Positions 17,437 through 28,021 of a stretch of DNA of 64,000 nt are shown piece after piece. A program made the translations under genes and the position numbers. How positions within the stretch are numbered: position 1 is the first letter of the stretch; each line of letters starts with the position of its first letter. Under the pieces are notes generated by a model. That model worked only from the letters and a program-made list of their open reading frames with translations, was not told the DNA's origin and did not search any database. The stretch is from an uncultured Candidatus Saccharibacteria bacterium (GTDB lineage: Bacteria > Patescibacteriota > Dojkabacteria > J137). The DNA lies in contig CAZSKK010000001.1 in the NCBI GenBank assembly GCA_964607415.1, positions 333,469 through 397,468 of the forward strand. The letters are read 5' to 3'.

Positions 17437-18387
17437 ATGATCGAACGTAGTATAGGACAAAAATTAAAATCAGAAAGATTAAAACAAGAATTGACGCTTG
17501 ACCAAATTTCTGTAGAAACCAAAATAAGGAAAGAGGTTTTAAAATCTATTGAGACTGATAATTTTTCTAGTTTTGATTCACATGTTTATGCAAAAGGTTT
17601 TATAAAAAACTATGCGAAATATTTGAATCTGGATGAAGAACAACTTCTTGGAATTTATAGAAGAGATTTTGAATTTAAGACATCGGATAGAAAAACATTG
17701 ACAAAAGATGATGCGAAGACTAAACAAAATCCAGATGTTAATAATAGGCTTGAGATAACCTCAAAACAACTTTTTTTTATAATAGTTTTAATAATTATTT
17801 TAGCAGTAAGTTTTCTAGCAATTAGATTGCTGTTGCATGCCTTCAGAAAACCTTATTTAAAAATTACAGCTCCTGTAGAAATTAGTGCACAATTTGACGG
17901 AAAAATTGAATACCCAGAAAAATCTATAAAACTTTTTGGAGAAACCGAAAAGAGTATAAAGATTTATATCAATGAAGAGCCTGTAACATTAAAACCTGGG
18001 AATATTTTTGAATCACAACCAATTCCACTTTTATCTGAACGAAATATAATCGAAATTGAAGCAAGAAGTACTCTTGGAATCAGTTCAAGAATAAAAATTG
18101 AAATCCCAAAATCTGAAAATGCTTCTCAAGCTGAATTTAATGGTATCGATAGCATTATTACAATAAAAAATGACACTACTTTTTTACTCGTTAGAGCTGA
18201 TGGCGTCATAAAATTTAACGACCAAGCCTTTCCAAACGATGCATTTAACATTAAAGCAGAAAGGAATATTGAAATTGAAACTTCAACTCCAGAAAATGTT
18301 GTAGTTATAATTGATAACCAGGAATATAACCTTTCGAAGCAGAATGAGTTGTTTGAATATAATCACGGAATTGTAACTCAGAAATAA
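17437..18387 (+). CDS. RodZ-like HTH membrane protein
   Basis: IGQKLKSERLKQELTLDQIS...YAKGFIKNYAKYL HTH domain, single TM, beta-rich C-terminus. Confidence 0.8.
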   Translation: MIERSIGQKLKSERLKQELTLDQISVETKIRKEVLKSIETDNFSSFDSHVYAKGFIKNYAKYLNLDEEQLLGIYRRDFEFKTSDRKTLTKDDAKTKQNPDVNNRLEITSKQLFFIIVLIIILAVSFLAIRLLLHAFRKPYLKITAPVEISAQFDGKIEYPEKSIKLFGETEKSIKIYINEEPVTLKPGNIFESQPIPLLSERNIIEIEARSTLGISSRIKIEIPKSENASQAEFNGIDSIITIKNDTTFLLVRADGVIKFNDQAFPNDAFNIKAERNIEIETSTPENVVVIIDNQEYNLSKQNELFEYNHGIVTQK

Positions 18388-18813
18388 CTAGTTCATAAAA
18401 TAGTTATTAGGATTTGAAGGATTTGAAAACTTTGATTCAGTTTTAATAAGCCTTTCAAAAAAATTATCTAAACCATTCTTAACCAGATCAACTTGTGACT
18501 TAAAGTTTTCGTCAAAAATATTTAATTTATATAAGTCATATAAATCCAAGAAAAAATAATAGGAAATGTTGAAAATATGTCTTGCATTAGCAAAAGGAAA
18601 TGCATAATCTTCAACTAATTCATTCAACTTGCAAGTAAAAATGTCAACATTAATCAAAAACTCAAACACCCTATCGGAATCAACATCTTGTAAGAGTGGT
18701 TTCAAATCATTAATAACGTTTGTTAGATCTTTAACTTTATTTCTAAGATCGTCTTTTTCTGGAGAACTACATTGTAAATCAAAATCGTCTTTATACATAA
18801 AAAGCGGTGGCAA
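18388..18813 (-). CDS. Hypothetical protein
   Basis: 141-aa ORF filling an intergenic gap; no motif recognised. Confidence 0.45.
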   Translation of the reverse strand: MPPLFMYKDDFDLQCSSPEKDDLRNKVKDLTNVINDLKPLLQDVDSDRVFEFLINVDIFTCKLNELVEDYAFPFANARHIFNISYYFFLDLYDLYKLNIFDENFKSQVDLVKNGLDNFFERLIKTESKFSNPSNPNNYFMN

Positions 18814-19018
18814 AATTTCCTAGCAATAGTAACATAACTTTTCCAAAATATTAAGACTATACGATTTATCAAGAAAAATAGTTGAACTGAAAAATGACAT
18901 TTTCATAATTTGTAATAAATAACATAAACTCTTTATGCTAAAATTTTTTACTACGAAAATTTTAAGTTTTTGATTTAAAATTTATCTAAATCTCAATCTT
19001 ACTCTTAATCTTGATCTA

Positions 19019-22000
19019 ATGAGCTTTACTCACTTACATGTTCACACAGAATATTCATTACTCGATGGGGTTTCTAAAACACCAAAGCTTTTTGAAAAAG
19101 TTAAAGAACTTGGCATGGACTCAGTAGCAATGACTGATCATGGTGTGCTTTATGGCGCAGCAGAGTTTTGGAAACTATCAAAAGACTTTGGTATTAATCC
19201 AATAATTGGTTGCGAAATATACGTAGCACCTTTAGAAAGAACACTTAGGCAACCTGTTAACGGGATAAAATACTACCATTTATTACTACTAGCTAAATCT
19301 TTAGAGGGTTATCAAAACCTTGTAAAGATAGTATCCATAGGTCAACTAGAAGGAATGTACTATAAACCCAGAGTAGACAAAGAAACTTTAGCAAAGTATT
19401 CCAAGGGTATAATTTGCACTTCTGCATGTATGGCTGGGCCTCTTTCACGCCATATTTTGCGAGGCGAATTTGATCAGGCTGAGGACTGGCTAAGATTTCT
19501 TAAAGGTACCTATGGAGAGGACTTTTATTTAGAACTACAAAGACATGGATATGACGGTAAAGATGATCTAAACATTAATGAATATCTTGTTAAAAATACT
19601 TCCCAAGAAGATGACTCTTCCGAAGAGTCAATTGACGATTCATCACAGCAAAAATTTGCAAATTTAAAGCTAAGGGAATTTGCAGAGAAATATAAGCTGC
19701 CTGTTGTTGCTACTACTGATGCTCACTATTTAAATAAAGAGGATAAAGAAGTGCAGACTGTTCTTTTTGCCATTAAAGATGGGAAGTTAATTAGCGATGA
19801 CACTTGCAGGAAAGGATATGAAGGAACATATATAATGTCGCCTGAAGAAATGAAACTTAAGTTCTCCGATATACCAGAAGCGGTTGATAATACAATGGTT
19901 ATAGCAGATAAAATTGAACATTTTGGACTTAAGTTTGAAAGAGTTCAACCACGTTTTTGGAATATTCCAAAAGGTTCAACAGCTAAATCTGAATTGAAAA
20001 AGCAAGCCTATATCGGAGCTGTGAAAAAATATACCGAGTATTTGAACTTAAAAGACAAAGGGGATGATGTTTCTGTTTTTGAAAATGCAATAGATAAATT
20101 TTCTCAAAATATGTTCGATGATGCTTCAAAAATATTGACACAAGAGCTAATTGATAGATTGGAATATGAACTAATGGTAATCGATAAAAAAGGTTATAAC
20201 GACTACTTTTTGGTCGTAGGCGACCTGATGCAGTTTGGTAGAAGGAATGGAATTCTAGTTGGAGCAAGAGGATCTGCTGCAGGTTCAGTGATAGCGTATG
20301 TTTTAGATATTACTAATGCTGAACCAATAAAATGGGAATTATACTTCGAAAGATTTTTAAATTTGGAAAGACCATCCCCTCCTGATATAGACATGGATAT
20401 TCAAGATGATAGACGAGATGAAATAATCCAGTATGCCAGAGATAAATACGGTGAAGAATGTGTTGCAGCTATTTGCACTTTCGGAAAATTAAAAACAAAG
20501 GCAGCCATTCGAGATGTTTCAAGAGTATTGGGAATAGATTTAAAAACCGCAGATAAGCTTTCCAAAATGGTAACAGTTTTATTTGGAAAGCCTTTCCCTA
20601 TTTCTAAAATGATGGAAGTTGATAAAGAGTTTGCAGAGATAATAAATAGTGATGAAAATCTTCAAAAAATGTCTAGCATTGTTAAAAAAATTGAAGATTT
20701 GGCAAGACATGTTTCTACCCATGCTGCGGGCTATCTGATTACTCCTGAACCCATAACTAATTATATGGCTTTACAACGTGACGCAAAGGATCCAGAAAAA
20801 ATAATGACCCAAATGGATGGAAATTTTGTGGACAAACTAGACTTCATGAAATTTGATTTTCTTGGGCTGCGAACTTTAACAATCATAAGAAATGCACTAG
20901 AGTACATTGAACAAAGGCATAATAAGAAAATCGATATAACTAGAGTGCCAGAAAATGACCCTGATACTTTTGCACTTTTTTCTAAAGGAGATACGGTAGG
21001 TGTATTTCAATTTGAGTCTCCTCCAATGCAACAATTTTTAAAGGATCTCCAGCCAGAAACCCTTGAAGACATTTGTTTCCTTGCGGCAGCATATCGCCCG
21101 GGCCCTATGAAATATATTCCAGATTACATTTTGTGTAAACATGGCAAAAAAGAACCAGAATATCTAATTCCTGAATTAGAACCTTTACTGAATAAAACCT
21201 ACGGTTTTCCTATTTACCAAGAACAGCTTTTAAAAATTTGCATGGAACTTGCAAACTTTACTCTTGCCGATGGAGATGTTATTCGAAATGCTTTAAAGAA
21301 AAAGCAGTTAGATATACTGAAAGCGAAAGAGCCTGATTTCAAAAAGAATTTTATGGATAAATTTGGTTATTCTCAAGATATTGCAGATAAACTGTGGAAG
21401 CAACTGGAACCATTTTCTGATTACGGATTTAATAAGGCTCACTCTGCAAGCTATGCTGTTGTTGCTTATTGGTGCGCATATTTAAAGGCTCATTACCCTA
21501 TTGAATTTATTACAGCTTTAATTCACTCCGACCTTGAAAATTTAGAAAGAGTTACTGTTGATATTAAAGAAGCAAAAAGAATGGGATTCAAAGTTTCTCC
21601 TCCAGATATAAATTATTCTGAAGTTTACTTTAGGCCTGAAAATGAAGATACTATTCGATTTGGCTTAGGTGCAATTAAAAATGTTGGGTTTAAAGTTTGT
21701 GATGAAATTGTTTCTGAAAGAAATAAGAATGGCTTATTTAAAAGTCTTGCCGATTTTACACAAAGAATGGGAACAAAAAATGCAAATAAACGAGTTCTAG
21801 AAGCTTTAATAAAATCGGGAGCCATGGATGAGTTTGGCGATAGAAATGCGCTTTTACAAGTTATTCCAGAAGCAATAGAAATTGCTGCTGGAAAAGAAAA
21901 AAGTAAATCCTTAGGTCAAACTGATCTTTTTGGGTCAAGTGATAGCTCTGGCGATTCAATTTCAATAAGTATTTTAAATCTTCCTAAAGTTGAACCCGTT

Positions 22001-22606
22001 AGTGAATCTCAATTAATTGAATGGGAAAAGGAATTTATGGGTATTTTTATTTCAACTCATCCACTTGAAAACTATAAATGGATAACGCTTTTGAATGGAT
22101 TTAAAACTATATCTGAGATAGAGGCATTACATTCGGGTGATAATGTAAAATTTATGGGCATCATAAGTGGAATTAAAATTACGGCAACTAAAGCAGCAGG
22201 AGAAAAAATGGCAATTCTAACAATTGAGGACATGTCGGGAAAACATGAAGCAGTTTTGTTTCCTAAAAAATATTCAGAAATACTTTCAAAAAATTTATTA
22301 GTGGAAACGAAGCCAATTATTTTTGCAGGTGTAATTAATGAACGAAATGATAGAAGATCAATCGTAATAAATGAAATGGCGTTTGCAGAAATTGTGGATA
22401 AGCCAAAAACTTTAATACTAGATATTAGGGGTGTTGAAGACCAAAAAAAGCTTTCTAATATTAAACAATGTTTTTCTGACGAAGGTGACGTACAAGTGAA
22501 CATAATCTACGGAACGCAATCTGAGCCCAAAAGCATTACTAGAAAAAGCCATTTGACCGATGAACATTTTGAAATTTTGAGGGAGTTTATAAAGCGTACT
22601 TGGTAG
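19019..22606 (+). CDS. dnaE: DNA polymerase III alpha subunit
   Basis: PHP domain HLHVHTEYSLLDG, RGSAAGS, PDIDMD, KFDFLGL, YGFNKAH and OB fold. Confidence 0.97.
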   Translation: MSFTHLHVHTEYSLLDGVSKTPKLFEKVKELGMDSVAMTDHGVLYGAAEFWKLSKDFGINPIIGCEIYVAPLERTLRQPVNGIKYYHLLLLAKSLEGYQNLVKIVSIGQLEGMYYKPRVDKETLAKYSKGIICTSACMAGPLSRHILRGEFDQAEDWLRFLKGTYGEDFYLELQRHGYDGKDDLNINEYLVKNTSQEDDSSEESIDDSSQQKFANLKLREFAEKYKLPVVATTDAHYLNKEDKEVQTVLFAIKDGKLISDDTCRKGYEGTYIMSPEEMKLKFSDIPEAVDNTMVIADKIEHFGLKFERVQPRFWNIPKGSTAKSELKKQAYIGAVKKYTEYLNLKDKGDDVSVFENAIDKFSQNMFDDASKILTQELIDRLEYELMVIDKKGYNDYFLVVGDLMQFGRRNGILVGARGSAAGSVIAYVLDITNAEPIKWELYFERFLNLERPSPPDIDMDIQDDRRDEIIQYARDKYGEECVAAICTFGKLKTKAAIRDVSRVLGIDLKTADKLSKMVTVLFGKPFPISKMMEVDKEFAEIINSDENLQKMSSIVKKIEDLARHVSTHAAGYLITPEPITNYMALQRDAKDPEKIMTQMDGNFVDKLDFMKFDFLGLRTLTIIRNALEYIEQRHNKKIDITRVPENDPDTFALFSKGDTVGVFQFESPPMQQFLKDLQPETLEDICFLAAAYRPGPMKYIPDYILCKHGKKEPEYLIPELEPLLNKTYGFPIYQEQLLKICMELANFTLADGDVIRNALKKKQLDILKAKEPDFKKNFMDKFGYSQDIADKLWKQLEPFSDYGFNKAHSASYAVVAYWCAYLKAHYPIEFITALIHSDLENLERVTVDIKEAKRMGFKVSPPDINYSEVYFRPENEDTIRFGLGAIKNVGFKVCDEIVSERNKNGLFKSLADFTQRMGTKNANKRVLEALIKSGAMDEFGDRNALLQVIPEAIEIAAGKEKSKSLGQTDLFGSSDSSGDSISISILNLPKVEPVSESQLIEWEKEFMGIFISTHPLENYKWITLLNGFKTISEIEALHSGDNVKFMGIISGIKITATKAAGEKMAILTIEDMSGKHEAVLFPKKYSEILSKNLLVETKPIIFAGVINERNDRRSIVINEMAFAEIVDKPKTLILDIRGVEDQKKLSNIKQCFSDEGDVQVNIIYGTQSEPKSITRKSHLTDEHFEILREFIKRTW

Positions 22607-22687
22607 AGCCTCACCCGGCTTCACTTTGTTCAGCCACCCTCTCCAGTTTGGAGAGGGTAGTTTGAGCTTGCTCAAACTGGTGAGGCT
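22607..22687. repeat. Palindromic REP-like element family A between convergent dnaE and rel
   Basis: agcctcacccggct...ccaccctctcc-agttt-ggagagggt...ggtgaggct; may also act as a terminator. Confidence 0.8.
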
Positions 22688-22691
22688 ACGG

Positions 22692-24167
22692 CTACTCTTC
22701 TCCCATCGCCCTTAAAGTCCTCCTAATCCTTGACTTTGTTTCTGCCATTTTACACTTTGCAAGCCAACCTCGATTTGTGTTTTTATGCTTTGTTGTAATT
22801 ACTTCGCACACATCTCCTGTTTGTAAAACATGATCCAATGTTACAATTTTTTTATTAATATACGCGCCATTACATCTGTCTCCAATTTGCGTATGAACTG
22901 CATAAGCAAAATCTAATGGAGTAGATCCCTTTTCCAAAATTACAACTTTTCCCTTGGGTGTAAAAACAAATACGCTTTCAGAAAATGCTTTAATTTTATA
23001 GGATTTAGTTGCTTCATCGGAGTTATTCTTCCAATCAACAAGTTCTTTGGTCCAAGTAAATGATTCTTTTTTAGAATTCATTTGGAGTTTGTATGCAATA
23101 TGGCTTGCGGGTCCAAATTCATTATATTCATGCATTTCAGCAGTTCTAATTTGAATTTCTGCAACAAAGCCATCAATATCTACTACTGTGTGAATAGATT
23201 TATATCCACTTGCTTTTGGCTTAATTATGTAATCGTCAAATTCTTCAGGGAAGTAGTCCCATTTTCCATGAATCAAACCTAAAACCAAGTAACACTCAGC
23301 CTCTGTATTTAAAATTACTCGAATTCCTAAAAGGTCTTTCAGTTTCTTAATGTGTGTTTCATTTAGAGTCTCGCCTTCATTCATATATTTCTTTTTTATT
23401 TTATTGTAGGTGCTACTATAATTTTTTGTTCTATAAGAAATGCTTACAGGCTTAACATTGTACTTTGATAATAGGTTCAAAATCTCATCCTCAACTTTTT
23501 TAAATATTGATTGGCTTTCCAAGTAAATTTTATCGGTATAAGATTTTATAAAATTATACTCTGTAGGATTTAAGATCTTTAATGCAGTGTTTTCAAATAT
23601 CGATTGAAAATGCCCCAATCCGAGATATTCACAAAGAGGCGCATACACAAGTTTTAATTTATATGCCTGATTCTTTTGAGTTTCGATTGGTAAAATATCA
23701 AGCGAAAAAGAATTATATAGTTTATTTGCAAGTCTGATTATTAAAATTCGAATATCTTCACTTGATGCAATCATAAGTTTTCTAAAGTTATCTGGATCTT
23801 CATTATGAAGTTCAAAACTTTCTGAATGCTCCTTAATCTGACTTAAACCATCAACAATAAATGCAACTTCTGTTCCAAACTTCTTATCTATTTCTTCAAT
23901 TGTTGCATGTTTTAAATCAACAATTTTGTGAAGCAGGCTTGCAATTACAGAAGTTGTGTCTAAATTAAGCTTTACAATATAGCTTGCAACAGTTAGCAAA
24001 TGTGTATCCATTGATTTGCCTGAAAGTCTTTTATCGTTCTTATGAAGTTCTGACGCATAATCAAACGCTTCTTTAATTTTTGAAACGTCGTATTTTATTA
24101 TTGAAGAATTTATTAGTTCTTCAAGTTCAGCAAAAGTTGTAATTTCGTTAAAGGTTAAGGTTTTCAT
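22692..24167 (-). CDS. RelA/SpoT homologue (degenerate HD + synthetase + TGS, no ACT)
   Basis: DLLGIR, DYIIKPKASGYKSIH, EIQIRT and TGS motif TPLDFAYAVHT; the HD site reads LLHKIVD. Confidence 0.9.
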   Translation of the reverse strand: MKTLTFNEITTFAELEELINSSIIKYDVSKIKEAFDYASELHKNDKRLSGKSMDTHLLTVASYIVKLNLDTTSVIASLLHKIVDLKHATIEEIDKKFGTEVAFIVDGLSQIKEHSESFELHNEDPDNFRKLMIASSEDIRILIIRLANKLYNSFSLDILPIETQKNQAYKLKLVYAPLCEYLGLGHFQSIFENTALKILNPTEYNFIKSYTDKIYLESQSIFKKVEDEILNLLSKYNVKPVSISYRTKNYSSTYNKIKKKYMNEGETLNETHIKKLKDLLGIRVILNTEAECYLVLGLIHGKWDYFPEEFDDYIIKPKASGYKSIHTVVDIDGFVAEIQIRTAEMHEYNEFGPASHIAYKLQMNSKKESFTWTKELVDWKNNSDEATKSYKIKAFSESVFVFTPKGKVVILEKGSTPLDFAYAVHTQIGDRCNGAYINKKIVTLDHVLQTGDVCEVITTKHKNTNRGWLAKCKMAETKSRIRRTLRAMGEE

Positions 24168-24218
24168 TAAAAGTTAGACAAATTTTTAATTTCAGATATA
24201 ATAACTTGAAAATATACT

Positions 24219-25928
24219 ATGATGCAAGCAGAAGAAACACCACCAAAGCTACCTCCTCTTCCAGATAATTACGAACTTACTATAACTGACCCTGAAAAAA
24301 CAGGTATTAGACTTTTTCGACTTGCAGATAAGCAAACCGGTATTGTAACAACCTTTATAGAGTTTAATAAAGATTTTGATATTCATGCAGCAATTGCATG
24401 GGCTGGAGCCCGAACTTCAAGAACTAATGATAGTTATGAAAGTATTTACGCTGAAATTTATGAAGCTTCTAAAGCAGGAAGATACCAAGCTGGTGAAAAA
24501 CTAATGAAAGTTTTCTTGAATTATGGACACGCCTCTGTTGCAGATATGTCACCTATTATGATTGGAATTGAAAATATTCCAATGCTTGAAGCTTTCTTTA
24601 TTTTTGATCATACAAGTGTAAACGCAGGACAAGAGCTTTCCACAAGATATGTAGAAATCTCAGATTTAGGTGTACCTGAAATTCAAGATTTGCTTGATTT
24701 GGAAAGCTTAGAAGGTGAACAAAAAGAGAAAATCCAAAAATTATGGGGAAAAATCCAAGATAATTGCTCAAGGCAATACACCAAGTGGACTTCACTTATT
24801 AAACCACGTATTGAGAAATTTATTGAAGAAGGGGGCAAAAAACCTTCAAAGGATACTGTAAATGCTAGAACTCTTGACATTGCAAGAATGTGGATTCCTG
24901 TAGGAGCAAGTACTTCTATGATCTCACTTTCTTCAACAAGAGATTGGGTAAACATGATAAAACAACTACGCGAAAATGAAAGCCCCATTTCAGATAGTAT
25001 TGCTGACCAAATCCTGGTTACTTTAAACTTAAAAAATTATAGCGAAGGCGAATCATTACAAGCCGATATAGGCAGATTAACAAAATACCACGAAGGGACC
25101 TTTACCGTTAATCAAAATTTAAAGAATCTGCAGGAACTAATTTTAACAATTTCTGAATTTTCAGATTTAGTTGATCAACCTATTTCACACGAACCTAAAT
25201 CGTCACCCAATAAAGCAAAAATATTGAACCTTGGCACAAATTATAGCCCAGGAACTTTACTTGCAGCAGAATATATTTCAGTGCTATTTCCTAATATTGA
25301 TGAGGAAGCAATATTAGAAAAACTGGTAGCTCTTGATAATAACTTAAAAGGTGAGATAGGTAGAATTATACTAGATGGACATAACCACCATGACTTACTA
25401 AAAAATGCTGCAGATGTAAGGGGCACTCTAGTTGTTGTAGAGACTGCTCTTGCATACTTAAGAGATTTAAATAGGCATAGAGCTCTAGGTAGATTAATGC
25501 ACTTACTTGAAACAAAAAATACTGACGCAATTGTCTACCAAGGATTCAACCAAAACTTTGCACTTAATAACTCAGATTATTTAAAAGATCTCTCTCCTAT
25601 GTGGGAAGAGGACATGGCCCAACATTACGAAATGATTTTTGAATTTTATGAGGTTCTCAAAGAAAGTCTTGGGGATAATTTAGATAGTAAAATTCTCAAC
25701 TATATTCTCCCATTAGGTCACCAGGTAAAAGCTCACTTTAGCGGGCCACTTTTGCAATTTGACTACATGTTAAGTTTAAGAATTTCGCTAGGGGGTGATT
25801 TTGGTTATAGGGATACTGCTCATCAAATTTTAGAGTTGTTTAGGCAAGATCCTTTTTTAATAAGTATGTTAGAAAAAATTGAGAAACCTGATCCTAATGA
25901 CTTGACTCAAGTTGTAGGAAGAAGCTAA
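24219..25928 (+). CDS. thyX: FAD-dependent thymidylate synthase, long tandem-domain type
   Basis: ARTSRT, YGHASVAD, QELSTRY and RDLNRHR motifs; adjacent to dcd. Confidence 0.8.
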   Translation: MMQAEETPPKLPPLPDNYELTITDPEKTGIRLFRLADKQTGIVTTFIEFNKDFDIHAAIAWAGARTSRTNDSYESIYAEIYEASKAGRYQAGEKLMKVFLNYGHASVADMSPIMIGIENIPMLEAFFIFDHTSVNAGQELSTRYVEISDLGVPEIQDLLDLESLEGEQKEKIQKLWGKIQDNCSRQYTKWTSLIKPRIEKFIEEGGKKPSKDTVNARTLDIARMWIPVGASTSMISLSSTRDWVNMIKQLRENESPISDSIADQILVTLNLKNYSEGESLQADIGRLTKYHEGTFTVNQNLKNLQELILTISEFSDLVDQPISHEPKSSPNKAKILNLGTNYSPGTLLAAEYISVLFPNIDEEAILEKLVALDNNLKGEIGRIILDGHNHHDLLKNAADVRGTLVVVETALAYLRDLNRHRALGRLMHLLETKNTDAIVYQGFNQNFALNNSDYLKDLSPMWEEDMAQHYEMIFEFYEVLKESLGDNLDSKILNYILPLGHQVKAHFSGPLLQFDYMLSLRISLGGDFGYRDTAHQILELFRQDPFLISMLEKIEKPDPNDLTQVVGRS

Positions 25929-25996
25929 CAAAGGTTCTTTAATTACCTCCAGTATTTTAGTAAATTATAATTAACCCTAAATTTTACTCTCACGTT

Positions 25997-26548
25997 ATGA
26001 TTTTATCTGACAAAACTCTAAAAAAATTAATTGATAATAAAGAAATTGTAATAACACCACTTTCAGAAAATGCAATACAACCAGCGTCTGTAGATTGCAG
26101 GCTTGGAGAAAAATTTCTAGTTTTAGAAGATTCAATGGAATCTATCCGCATGGATGAGCCTATAAAATATCGAGAAATTATTACTAACGAAATCACAATA
26201 CCTCCAAAATCTTTTATACTCGGAACCACTATGGAATATTTGGAGCTTCCATCAAATCTTACTGTATTTATTGAAGGAAGAAGCTCCATTGGTAGAATGG
26301 GATTGTTTATTGAGAATGCCGGTTGGATAGATCCTGGCTTTAAAGGCAATTTAACTTTGGAATTATACAACGCGAATTCTTTACCAATTAAACTTATAGC
26401 TGGAAGACGTATTTGCCAGTTTGTATTTTGCATGATGGACCAAGAAGCTGAAATTCCTTATGGTGATTCTCGTCTTAAAAGCAAATATCAAGGCCAAGCC
26501 TCGACTGTTGGAAGTCTTATTTCTCAAGACATTGAAACTAAAAAATAG
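25997..26548 (+). CDS. dcd: dCTP deaminase
   Basis: IQPASVD, EGRSSIGRMG, AGWIDPGFKGNLTLE and KYQGQ. Confidence 0.95.
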   Translation: MILSDKTLKKLIDNKEIVITPLSENAIQPASVDCRLGEKFLVLEDSMESIRMDEPIKYREIITNEITIPPKSFILGTTMEYLELPSNLTVFIEGRSSIGRMGLFIENAGWIDPGFKGNLTLELYNANSLPIKLIAGRRICQFVFCMMDQEAEIPYGDSRLKSKYQGQASTVGSLISQDIETKK

Positions 26549-26666
26549 TATATTAAAGTAGCAAAAGAGCTATAGAGGCGGAGAGGCGAAGAGCTGCCGA
26601 ATGCAGCCTAATACATTTTGCTTTTCAAGGTGTGTTTTTTAATCTTAAAATCGTTAGCCTTAATTA

Positions 26667-27998
26667 ATGCACAGAGATCTAACCCAATCCACAATTCAAG
26701 ATGTTAATGCAAGATTTTATAATGTAGATTTGTCAAAAAGCTATGTTGAGTCGGGCAAAAAATTTGCAGAAGTTTTGCAAAAGCACTATGGTACAAACAA
26801 ATCCTATTCTATTGTATGCGGTCTTGGTGGAAACGCAGGTGATGGTTTATCAACCGCTCTTGAACTCTCAAAAAATAATACACAGGTTAAAGTCTTTTTA
26901 GTTGGAAGAGCAAATTTAATTGAGAATGTTTCTACAAAGGACCTTTGGGATAAAGTCTATAATAATAAATCGATAGAAACAAAGCAGGACTGTTACGCTA
27001 AAGATATAGAAAAATCAGACATAATTTTAGAGTGTTTAGTAGGAACTGGACTTGCTGGATCTACGCTTAATAAAAGGTTTTTTGATGTTATTAAAAGCAT
27101 TTCCCACTTTAAGTCCGAAATTGTTGCTATTGATAAATCCTGCCCACATTACACCCCCAGTTTAGTTGTATCAATCAACTATCCCAAAACTGAAAATGCT
27201 GAAGTTATAAAAGTAAGTTATCCACAAAGCTTGGATTTGCATATTGGTCCTGGCGAAGTAAAAAGTTTAATAAAACCTAAAATACAATCTCACAAAAATA
27301 AAAATGGCAAAGTATTAATAATTAATGATTTAGATAACGATTGTAATGAACTTGTTGCAACTGCGATTAAACAATATGAATGTAGTGCAAGTGTTTATAG
27401 CTTTAGAGGTGTTGGTAAAAATAAGCTTTTTGATAAAGTTTTATCTAATGGTGATTTGGAAGAAGCTATAGTCGAGTGTAATTCTGTGTTCTTAAGTGAG
27501 CTACCTGTGGATGATTTTATTTCAAAGGCATTTGTAAATGAACTTGTTAAATACATTGAAGATAAACCTTTAATAATATTCGGAAGTGCGCTCAATTACT
27601 TTGATGCTGATCTTTTAAAAAGAATTAAAAATAAAATACTATTTTTTGATTTAACAAGTTTTTTTAGATTTTCAAATTCAAAAATAAGTAAGGTTGAAGG
27701 ATTAGCTGCAAGGTTAGCAAAAGAAACTTCATCAACTTGCGTAATATATTCAACACAAACTTATATTTTTGACGAAGAAGGAAATTACAAAATTCATCCT
27801 AAAAATATAAATGACTATAACTCTAAACTAATAATCACAAGCCTTACCGCAGCTTTTGCTTCTAAAAATTCAACAGCGCTTTCTGCAGGAAGTGCAAATT
27901 TTGTTTATAGTGTTGCTGAAAAATTAAGTGCAGATCCTTCACCAACCAATGTTGCTAAATCTTTATCTGCTGCTTACAACGAGTGTCTTGAATTTTGA
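26667..27998 (+). CDS. NAD(P)H-hydrate epimerase fused to a degenerate dehydratase domain (Nnr-like)
   Basis: VCGLGGNAGDG and LVGTG of the YjeF-N epimerase; SHKNKNGKV start of the YjeF-C domain, but no clear GTGD motif. Confidence 0.75.
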   Translation: MHRDLTQSTIQDVNARFYNVDLSKSYVESGKKFAEVLQKHYGTNKSYSIVCGLGGNAGDGLSTALELSKNNTQVKVFLVGRANLIENVSTKDLWDKVYNNKSIETKQDCYAKDIEKSDIILECLVGTGLAGSTLNKRFFDVIKSISHFKSEIVAIDKSCPHYTPSLVVSINYPKTENAEVIKVSYPQSLDLHIGPGEVKSLIKPKIQSHKNKNGKVLIINDLDNDCNELVATAIKQYECSASVYSFRGVGKNKLFDKVLSNGDLEEAIVECNSVFLSELPVDDFISKAFVNELVKYIEDKPLIIFGSALNYFDADLLKRIKNKILFFDLTSFFRFSNSKISKVEGLAARLAKETSSTCVIYSTQTYIFDEEGNYKIHPKNINDYNSKLIITSLTAAFASKNSTALSAGSANFVYSVAEKLSADPSPTNVAKSLSAAYNECLEF

Positions 27999-28021
27999 TT
28001 GCCAATTTTGTATACTTCGGC

